The translations under genes were made by a program, and so were the position numbers. 44,738 nucleotides of DNA from contig JBPCLO010000038.1 of NCBI GenBank assembly GCA_051003155.1, positions 1 to 44,738 on the forward strand, read 5' to 3'. The notes below the pieces were generated by a model. That model searched no databases. It was not told where the DNA came from and was given only the letters and a program-made list of their open reading frames with translations. Of this stretch, positions 37,340-44,738 are shown piece by piece. Positions within the stretch are counted from its first letter, which is position 1. Every line of letters starts with the position of its first letter. The stretch comes from Fimbriimonadales bacterium (GTDB lineage: Bacteria > Armatimonadota > Fimbriimonadia > Fimbriimonadales > ATM1).

Positions 37340-39145
37340 CTAAATGGACAGCGCTTCGATGACCCGCTCCGCCACCTGATGATTTCCGAACGGCGGCATT
37401 AAATAGATTCCCTGAGCCATAGTCGGCAAGTTCTTTCCCAACTCCTGTGCTACGGATATGCCCGTTTCAACGGCGTCATCGCCCGCGTTGGCCATTTGTT
37501 TCCTTAGCCAATCGGGAATCTCGATTCCCGGCACCTCGTTGTGCATGAACTCGGCGTGGCGTTGGCTGCGTAAGGGAAGAACTCCTATAAATATGGGTAA
37601 GTCGAGTTTCATGGCTTGCTCGCATGCAAACTCAGCATGCTGCTTTTCGAACAAAGGCTGCGTATAAATAATGTGCGCGCCCGCATCGGCCTTCCTGCAC
37701 AAACGCGTTAATTCGGCTTGAATATCGCGCGCAACAGGATTAAATGCGACTGCGATTGTAAACGCGCATTTCTTGGAGACGCTGTTTCCCGCCATATCGA
37801 CGCCCTCGTTGAATCGCGATAACACTCTCACCAATCCAACGGCGTCGATATCGAAAACACTCGTCGCGCTCGGAAAATCTCCGATATTTGCCGGATCCCC
37901 CGTGATCGCCAAAACATTTCGCAAACCAAGCGCATGGGCCGCCAACAAATCCGCCTGCAATGCAAGCAAATTGCGGTCCCGGCACGCAACGTGCATCATC
38001 GTCTCGATCCTCACCTCTCGCTGGATGATGTTGCAAATCGCCAAGGGGGTCATGCGCAGGCGGGCCCTTGCGCCATCGCTTATGTCGATCGTATCGACGC
38101 CCTTTTCTTTGAGCGACGCCGCTCCGGTGAGAACCTTGCTCGTGTCGAGTCCGCGAGGCAAGTCGAGTTCTACGGTAACGATGAACTTCTTACCAACCTT
38201 CTTGCTCAATTCGCTCGGCTCGCAGACCTCGAGCGGCTTCCTTGCCGCCGCCTCCGCGGTGCGCGCGAGAGCACGAACCCTCGGCGCCCGATCCTTTATC
38301 GATAAGGCGAGTTGGGCGATATGCGCCGGCGTGGTGCCGCAGCAACCGCCGACGATGTTCGCTCCGGCATCGATCAGCTTCGCCGCCGCCGCGCCGAAAT
38401 ACTCGGGCGTCGTGTCATACGTAAGCTCCTTTTTCATGAGCATCGGCATCCCTGGCGTCGGCATCGCGCTGATCGGCACGTCTCCCGCCTCAGCCATCCA
38501 GCGAATGATGTCGTGCATCCGCTGGGGGCCGACGACGCAGTTCGCCCCTACAACGTCGGCTCCCGCTTCTGCCATCCTCCGGGCAGCCCGGAGTGGAAAG
38601 CCCTCCGCGAGCGTTTCCCCATCCTCGATGAAGTTCTTTGAAGCGATGATCGGCAAGGACGAAACCGACCGAACCGCCGAGATCGCCACCTCCAGTTCAT
38701 CGAGGTCCGCGAACGTTTCCAGGATGAAGCCGTCGACGCGCCCCTCGACGAGCGCCTCCGCCTGGGCTACAAAAGCATTGTACGCGCTCGCTGATTCGAT
38801 TGTGCCGAGAGGCATTAACGGCTTGCCGCAAGGTCCGATGGCCCCGAACACGAACGCTCCATTCGCCGCTTCGCGCGCCAGGCGAACACCCACCAAATTG
38901 ATCTCGCGCGCGTCGGCTTCACTTCCCGCCGCCCTGAGGCGGAACGAGTTCGCCGAGAACGTATTGGTTTCGAGGATGTCCGCGCCGGCTTCCCGGTATT
39001 CGCGGTGCGTTTGTCTCACGAGGTCGGGAGCATGGAGGTTGGCAAGGTCCTGAAGCGGGCCGTCGTAACCTAACTCGCGAAGGCGCGTTCCCATGGCGCC
39101 GTCCAGAATAAGGATGCGCGCCTTCAAAGTCTCAATAAAGCCCAT
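37340..39145 (-). CDS. yitJ: Bifunctional homocysteine S-methyltransferase / methylenetetrahydrofolate reductase
   Basis: ILDGAMGT, GANC, GGCCGTTP.HI, then an MTHFR domain (H.ACRDRN, ITGDP, TQP). Confidence 0.92.
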   Translation of the reverse strand: MGFIETLKARILILDGAMGTRLRELGYDGPLQDLANLHAPDLVRQTHREYREAGADILETNTFSANSFRLRAAGSEADAREINLVGVRLAREAANGAFVFGAIGPCGKPLMPLGTIESASAYNAFVAQAEALVEGRVDGFILETFADLDELEVAISAVRSVSSLPIIASKNFIEDGETLAEGFPLRAARRMAEAGADVVGANCVVGPQRMHDIIRWMAEAGDVPISAMPTPGMPMLMKKELTYDTTPEYFGAAAAKLIDAGANIVGGCCGTTPAHIAQLALSIKDRAPRVRALARTAEAAARKPLEVCEPSELSKKVGKKFIVTVELDLPRGLDTSKVLTGAASLKEKGVDTIDISDGARARLRMTPLAICNIIQREVRIETMMHVACRDRNLLALQADLLAAHALGLRNVLAITGDPANIGDFPSATSVFDIDAVGLVRVLSRFNEGVDMAGNSVSKKCAFTIAVAFNPVARDIQAELTRLCRKADAGAHIIYTQPLFEKQHAEFACEQAMKLDLPIFIGVLPLRSQRHAEFMHNEVPGIEIPDWLRKQMANAGDDAVETGISVAQELGKNLPTMAQGIYLMPPFGNHQVAERVIEALSI

Positions 39146-39240
39146 TCTCGTCCATTATGAAGCACATCGCCGAACCAAGGGCCACCGCCCTTCCAATCGG
39201 AACTTTTGGTAACATCGGTTCGAATCATAAGAGTTATCCC

Positions 39241-41533
39241 ATGAATAAATGCCTTCTTTCCGCGGCAATGTCCGTGGCAACCACCTTTGCGTTCGCCTCT
39301 TCGGACCTCAAGCTCGAGGACCTCTATCGCGACAAACCCTTAACCGGCAAAACCGCGCGCGCGATGGAGTGGTCGCACAAAGACCGATACCTCGGCTACC
39401 TGTGGAATCCATACAACGTCAAAAGCTCCGACCTGTGGGTTTACGACACCAAGGAACGAAAGGCGATGCGCCTGACCAGCATCGAATCCATGGCGGCCTT
39501 CGATAAGGATCTGCCCGAAATCAACGCAAGGTACAAGAAGGACAAAATCGAGCAGGAGCGGCGCAAGAAGCTGACCGACGAAGAACGCAAGAAGTTCGAA
39601 GAAGAGGACAAGAAGAAAGAAGAGGAGCGGAAAGAGCCGCTTAAGGAATACAACGGCATCTCAGGGTTCGCCTGGGCGAACAGCAAGGATGAGCTTTTGT
39701 TCGAATACAAGGGCGACCTCTACCGCCTGAAAATCGGGCACGATAAGCCCGTCCGCTTGACAAAGACTCAGGAAAACGAAGGTTCGACCAAGTGGCTCAA
39801 GGACGACTCGGGCTTTTTCTTCCGTCGTGGTGGCGGCGTCTTTCGCATGCGTTTTGACTCACCGTTCGTGGAGCAGCTGAATCCACAGCTACCCGACAAT
39901 CTCCCTATGGGCAGATACAGCATCTCGCCCGACGAGACGAAGATGATGATCACCGCGTCCCGTCAAAAGGGCCGGTCGCGCGATGTAACGTATATCTCGT
40001 ATCGAGGCCGCTTCGCGGAAGCCAAAACGGCACAGCGAGAGGTGGCTGACGACCCGTTCAATGACGAGGCATACGTATTCCTCTACGATATCACTAAGGA
40101 CGATGGTAAGCCGTGGGAGGTTTATCATTGGCCGGGCGGCATGGAGTACCAACAAACGGCGTTCGACGAAGAACCGTGGAGTCCCGACTCGACGAAGCTG
40201 GTCTTCGCCACGTGGAAGCGGACGCAAAAGGATCTCGCGATAGTTGTCGCCGACGTTGCCGCGCGCAAGACCTCTACCGTGTACTCCGCCAAGCACACCG
40301 GCGGGCACGAATCGCCGGGCATGGCCGACCCAATGTTCACTAAAGACGGCAAGAAGATCGTCGCGCTGCTGGAGTCGAGCGGCTACAGGCACGTCTGGTC
40401 CATCGATCCGCTCGCAAAGGGCGCGACGCAGTTGACAAGAGGCGACTTCGAGGTGTATCCGCGGAAACTGACGTCGGATGGCAAGGGTCTTATCGCCACC
40501 TCATGGAAGGAGCACTCCTGGCGGATGGATGTTTATCGGGTAGATCTGGCCGACGGCGCCATGACGCGGCTCACACATCGCCAGGGCGCCTACGGCTCGC
40601 CCGCAATGAGCCACAGTGGCCACGAGTTCGCCGCGAGTTTCAAGGATTGGACGACCCTGAACGAACTCTACGTTGTGGATGGGAAGAGCGAGCGCAAATT
40701 GACTGAGTCACACGCGGAAGATTTCTGGAAAGTCACCAAGCTCACCCCCGTACCGTTCGAGTTCCGCAACCGCCACGGACACCTCGTCCGCGGCATGGCG
40801 TACTACCCGCCGGGATTCAAAAGAGCCGACAAGCGGCCGCTGTTCCTCTACACCTACGGCGGCCCCTTGGGGACCTCCAAGGACATCGTCAGTGGCAATT
40901 TCAATTCGTTCAACATGTACGTCTCCTACACGATGGGCTATGTCACCGCGACGATCGACCCGCGAGGGATGTCGGGTTATGGAGCCGTGTTCGAGAGCGC
41001 GAACTTCGGCGCGCCGGGCGTCGCGCAGGTCGAGGACCTCTCCGACGGCGTCAAGTACTTAATCGCACAAGGTGGAATAGACGGCAAGAAGGTCGGAATC
41101 AGCGGATGGTCGTTCGGCGGCTTCCAAACACAGATGTGCCTCTACACCGCTCCCGACGTATTCACGCTTGGCATCGCCGGCGCAGGTCCGACGGAATGGC
41201 AGAATTACAACAACTGGTACTCGCGAGGGGTTATCGGCGATTCTCGCGAAGGCAAGCCCGAAGACCTCGACAAGTTCTCCCTAACCAAGCTTGCGAAGAA
41301 TCTGAAAGGCCATCTTCTTTTGCTCCACGGCATGGAAGACACGAACGTGTTGTTCCAAGACACGGTCAAGGTCTACCAAGCCCTCCTACGCGCTGGAAAG
41401 GGCCCGCTAGTGGAGCTCGTGGTCGACCCGACCGGGTGGGCACGGCCTCGGCGGTGACATTAAGCAAAGGGATCAATACGCGATATACGAGGCATATCTC
41501 CTGAAGATCTGGGGCCCTTACAAGAGAGACTAA
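39241..41533 (+). CDS. S9 family (DPP IV-like) peptidase with a frameshift near the C-terminus
   Basis: Signal peptide, beta-propeller, GWSFGG nucleophile, GMEDTNV Asp. The His motif GHGLGG...GPYKRD* lies in the shifted frame after ACCGGGTGGG (41431-41440). Confidence 0.85.
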
Positions 41534-41704
41534 CAAGAAGGGAGATCTGCCGTGAACCTCTCTCCTTGTTGGTAAACACTAACCTGCCGGCGCGCCGCTC
41601 TCAAGCTGGATTAATGCTCATTCCAGGCGGGAGTCACTGCCGCCCGGGTGGTAGCCTTTGCGCTAAGGGTGGCGATGGATACCGCCCAGGAGCCTTGAAG
41701 AAGT

Positions 41705-41735
41705 AGGAGCGAGGGCGAAACCCCCGCTCCTTTCT
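41705..41735. terminator. Probably bidirectional terminator hairpin
   Basis: AGGAGCG-AGGG-CGAAA-CCC-CCGCTCCT followed by TTCT, immediately 3' of the minus-strand gene ending at 41744. Confidence 0.7.
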
Positions 41736-41743
41736 ATCGAAGC

Positions 41744-41965
41744 CTACTTCCCAGGAGGCTTTGGCCCGTTCGGATCCTTGCCGATGATGTATTTGTCATC
41801 GAGCGGTCCGAAGTCGGGCGAGTCAGCGCGAGGAGGCGGAACTTTGGTGTCCACCTCTTCCGGCGCCTGTGAGCGCACAACGAGATATGCCGCTCCCGCA
41901 AGCACCAGCGCAGCGCCGACCCAGACGAGGGTTGAAGGCCTGTTGTTTCCTACCTTAGATCCCAT
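41744..41965 (-). CDS. Small single-TM protein coupled to the prepilin gene
   Basis: TM segment [18 protein letters not shown] with a Pro-rich tail; overlaps the upstream gene end. Confidence 0.6.
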   Translation of the reverse strand: MGSKVGNNRPSTLVWVGAALVLAGAAYLVVRSQAPEEVDTKVPPPRADSPDFGPLDDKYIIGKDPNGPKPPGK

Positions 41966-42846
41966 AAGTATGCATCTCCATCATAGGCTGCGCCGCCGAA
42001 GTTCGGGCGAACGTCACAACCGGCGGAAATTTGCCCGATTTTCATGACTTTGCAGTGGCTGTCTGTGAACGCCACCGCGCACTGCTTGGTGTGCCAAGGC
42101 CAGCAGCCGCCGTAAACGAGCCAGCTGTTTTGGTTGCTCGACCAGCCCGTGCCGTAGTTTTGCCAAAGACCGTTGCCACCCTGGCCATTCAATCGCCCCA
42201 TGGGCTCGAGAAGCTGCCCGTTGCTGTCCTTGACGCAAGGGGCCTCGACGACCCAGTTGCCGCCGCCGACGGGTATGCCGGCCGCCGTCCGATCCCAAAC
42301 GCTGTCAACATAGAGAATCGTTGCGGCCGTCTGCGCGATCAATCCAACGTTAATCGACGTAGATCCGACGTACGTTCCGCCTTGGACCTGTTGCGTAATC
42401 CACGGGCTCAGGAAGTCGTAGTTCAGCCCGGTGTTGGCCCGAGACATCCAATAGTAATGGAAGCTGGGGTCAGACGGATCCGCGGGTTGGCCGTACGGGT
42501 TCAAGGACAATCCTCGGTCGGTTGCGTTGGGGTCGCTGGGACACCGGAACACTTGCCAACTGGTTGTATAAGGATGAAGAACTTCGCCCCAGATGACGTC
42601 GGGCCGGCCAAAGCCCCAGCCGGGACCGTTGATACTGCCCGCATTGGACAGTGGGCCGGTGTCATCGTTGTCGCCAATATACATGGCGTTGGCCTTGGCG
42701 ACTTGATTGAAGTTGTTGATACAGCTGGCCTTCTTCGCAGCCGCTTTGGCTGACGCGAAGACCGGGAACAGGATGGCCGCGAGAATCGCGATGATCGCGA
42801 TAACCACGAGCAGCTCGATAAGAGTGAAAGCAGATCGCTTTCTCAT
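41950..42846 (-). CDS. Prepilin-type N-terminal cleavage/methylation protein (DUF1559-like)
   Basis: [27 protein letters not shown]+.N..Q, CPSD, and C-terminal WH....VAFTDSHCK (H-X9-DG-like). SD GGGAGG. Confidence 0.9.
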   Translation of the reverse strand: MRKRSAFTLIELLVVIAIIAILAAILFPVFASAKAAAKKASCINNFNQVAKANAMYIGDNDDTGPLSNAGSINGPGWGFGRPDVIWGEVLHPYTTSWQVFRCPSDPNATDRGLSLNPYGQPADPSDPSFHYYWMSRANTGLNYDFLSPWITQQVQGGTYVGSTSINVGLIAQTAATILYVDSVWDRTAAGIPVGGGNWVVEAPCVKDSNGQLLEPMGRLNGQGGNGLWQNYGTGWSSNQNSWLVYGGCWPWHTKQCAVAFTDSHCKVMKIGQISAGCDVRPNFGGAAYDGDAYLWDLR

Positions 42847-43161
42847 AGTATGCCTCCCACGCGCGCGTTTTGCGCGGCGCTGATTGTATGAATACGGCGC
42901 CAACTGGCGAAAGTCCTCTTAGTTCTTTTCAGTACTTCGAAGCTCGATCGGAGACCGGCCGCGAGCAGCAATCGATCGGCGAGATTAGGAGTTAGTATGA
43001 TGGCCGAACCGGCATAAACGACCTGCGTCGCGAATCCCTTGTCCCGCTTGAATGCATTTATCTCGCGCATCGACAGTAAGCTCCGGCATCTCACCGTTCG
43101 CCCGGCGAGCGCCAATGACTAGTATATCGCGAGTTTAAGCAAACTTAACAAAGTTTTTTGG

Positions 43162-43344
43162 CTATTCACCGCTTCGCTGACGATATTTCTTGGCCTGGTC
43201 GGGGTCGATCTTCCGCATTCGCCTGAGCAGTTCGTTGTCTCCGCCGGGCTTGCTCACGTCTCGTTTAGCCGGACCGTCATCGTCCCCAGGCTTGCGCTCT
43301 GGCGTCGGAAGGTCCCTTTCGCGCCTTTCCACCTTGGCTTCCAT
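43162..43344 (-). CDS. ubact: Prokaryotic ubiquitin-like protein UBact
   Basis: 60 aa, disordered N-half, ending NELLRRMRKIDPDQAKKYRQRSGE, which matches the UBact R[ST]G[EQ] C-terminus. Alternative in-frame ATG at 43359. Confidence 0.9.
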   Translation of the reverse strand: MEAKVERRERDLPTPERKPGDDDGPAKRDVSKPGGDNELLRRMRKIDPDQAKKYRQRSGE

Positions 43345-43360
43345 GAGGTCATTGTACATG

Positions 43361-43954
43361 CTAAATCTTGCAGAAGCCTGCACCCTTCTTGCCGTAATAC
43401 TGCTGGTGATACGCTTCGGCCATCCAAAACGTCGAGGCCGGGGATACTCGGGTGCTCGTCCGCCGATCCTTAACGGCTTTCCCGGCTGCCTCCGATTGGG
43501 CATCACTGTACGCAAAGACTTCACTGCGATACTGATAGCCCGTGGCACATTGCCGGTCAGGGTTGTGGGTCGTGAAGAAAACGTCCAAGAGCCGTGCATA
43601 CGAGACTTTCTTAGGGTCGAATTCGACGAGAACGGCTTCGGCATGGCCGGTTCCGCCAGAGCAGACCTGCTCGTAGGTAGGATGTGACTTCGCCCCGCCT
43701 GTGTAACCGACTGCTGTTGCCACGACTCCGGGCGTGCGGCGGAACTCCGCCTCGATCCCCCAGAATCACCCGGCCGCAAATAGCGCGAGCTCGCGGCCCT
43801 TTATGATGGCGCTGTTGTTGTTGTCGAGCCTCGTTTGCACTCCGCCGGGCCTCGTTCCCACCTCGGAAAGCTCCTCGCCACCCATAGAACGCCAACCCGC
43901 CACAGCGAGCGCCGCGACGACGGGCAAAGAAGTGAACAGGATCGTCTTTATCAT
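43361..43954 (-). CDS. msrA: Selenocysteine-containing peptide methionine sulfoxide reductase A with N-terminal signal/anchor
   Basis: Two in-frame track ORFs join across TGA 43768-43766 as FAAG-U-FWGIEAEF; also VGYTGG, PTYEQVC, TGHAEAV, QYRS, AEAYHQQYY. Confidence 0.9.
43738..43751 (-). promoter_or_regulatory. Putative bacterial SECIS apical hairpin
   Basis: mRNA reads UGA UUCUGGGGGAUCGA GGCGG-AGUU-CCGCC: loop begins 19 nt after UGA, with G at loop position 2 followed by U. Confidence 0.7.
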
Positions 43955-44113
43955 TTCTACTATCTCTAATGCCGTCGGCGAGGGATTCGTTCCCACCTCC
44001 GGCGACGGATCGACTTGTCATACTTTAAGACGCCCGGGGCGAACGATACTGTCGCGGGTTGCGTAGCCAAGCCTAGAGCAAACCGCCCCATGACGGGCTT
44101 ACAAGGAGAAACC

Positions 44114-44653
44114 ATGAAATTCGCAGTGATGACTGTGTTGATTTTGGCGGGCCTGACGGCGTCCGCCCAACACGAAATGATGGACATGAAGCCGCCACCC
44201 GAGATGAAGAAGGTCGAGTGGATGGTCGGGGAGTGGACCACAAGCTTCAAGATGTATCCGCCCGGGGAAGGCATGGAGCCGATGAGTTCAACCGGCACTT
44301 CGAGCACGAAAATGGCTCTTGGCGGCAGGTATCTGCATACCATGGCCACGTTCTCGATGGGCGATATGGGCTCATTCGAAGGCATGCAGATGCTCAGTTA
44401 CGACCCGGATGCCAAGAAGTGGAAGGCAACCTGGTTCGACTCCATGAGCTCTGCCGGCATGGAGATGACCGGCGACCTGGTCGGCCACACGATGACGTTG
44501 ATCAGCAAACCGACGCCGATGCATGGTATGGGTGACCAAACCTTCCGAGCCACCGCCACAAAGGTGTCCGATAGGGAAATGTCGTTCCTTCTCGAAATGA
44601 AAGATGGCGATAAGTGGACCAAGATGATCGAGGGCACGTACACAAAGAAGTGA
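44114..44653 (+). CDS. DUF1579 family exported protein
   Basis: SD AAGGAG, signal peptide; MVGEW, LGGRYL, SYDPDAKKW.ATWFDSM. Confidence 0.85.
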   Translation: MKFAVMTVLILAGLTASAQHEMMDMKPPPEMKKVEWMVGEWTTSFKMYPPGEGMEPMSSTGTSSTKMALGGRYLHTMATFSMGDMGSFEGMQMLSYDPDAKKWKATWFDSMSSAGMEMTGDLVGHTMTLISKPTPMHGMGDQTFRATATKVSDREMSFLLEMKDGDKWTKMIEGTYTKK

Positions 44654-44738
44654 CCTTCTGCGGTCGGGGGGGGGGGGGTTCTGCCTCCCCGACCCACCCC
44701 CCCCACCCCCTCCCTCCCGCGCACAAACACACATCTCC

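Noticed and set aside
37773..39053. 426-aa plus-strand ORF, and similar antisense ORFs such as 2197..3270
   Set aside because: Antisense shadows of well-supported genes, as expected in GC-rich DNA.
39146..39240. SAM riboswitch upstream of yitJ
   Set aside because: The gap is only 95 bp, no S-box consensus is visible, and a -10 box lies 8 nt from the ATG.
41455..41457. TGA of the S9 peptidase, and TGAs in the ankyrin fragments, as further Sec codons
   Set aside because: They do not align with a catalytic Cys, and homology continues in a different frame, indicating frameshifts.
43162..43779. 205-aa minus-strand ORF in the track
   Set aside because: The first ~140 codons are an alternative frame of msrA; only the last 60-65 codons (UBact) look real.
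44664..44738. Poly-G / poly-C tracts that could form a hairpin or G-quadruplex
   Set aside because: Low-complexity sequence at the very end of the window; likely a contig-end artefact or garbled terminator.
35689..44738. tRNA-Sec (selC) near selA or msrA
   Set aside because: No cloverleaf with a TCA anticodon and T-loop was found by eye in the intergenic gaps.
1..44738. CRISPR array, prophage, IS or integrase
   Set aside because: No regularly spaced repeats and no transposase, integrase or phage proteins recognised.

Overview
GC-rich bacterial chromosomal window made mostly of housekeeping and envelope genes. The gene content (PEP-CTERM proteins, a prepilin/DUF1559-type protein, 20S proteasome genes, a UBact modifier) suggests Armatimonadota, probably Fimbriimonadia; this is an inference. 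Recognisable genes: an L25-like protein, prcB/prcA, a Tat-exported multicopper oxidase, kdsD/kpsF, pepV, a 2-oxoacid dehydrogenase E1a/E1b/E2 cluster, a surface-glycan/PEP-CTERM cluster, guaB, porin-pstSCAB, tatA, selA, yitJ and an S9 peptidase. Highlights that the ORF track splits or hides: (1) a signal-peptide-bearing MsrA whose catalytic Cys codon is an in-frame TGA followed by a SECIS-like hairpin, i.e. a probable exported selenoprotein, with selA 7 kb away; (2) a UBact gene directly behind msrA and 35 kb from prcBA; (3) a perfect 17-bp inverted repeat forming the RBS and start codon of both divergent genes degT and guaB; (4) an AsnB homologue with both active sites degenerate; (5) a ~150-aa C-terminal domain shared by two unrelated secreted proteins; (6) a recurrent leaderless-promoter signature. 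Several genes carry stops or frameshifts that may be decay or sequencing error. I saw no CRISPR array, tRNA, rRNA or intact mobile element.
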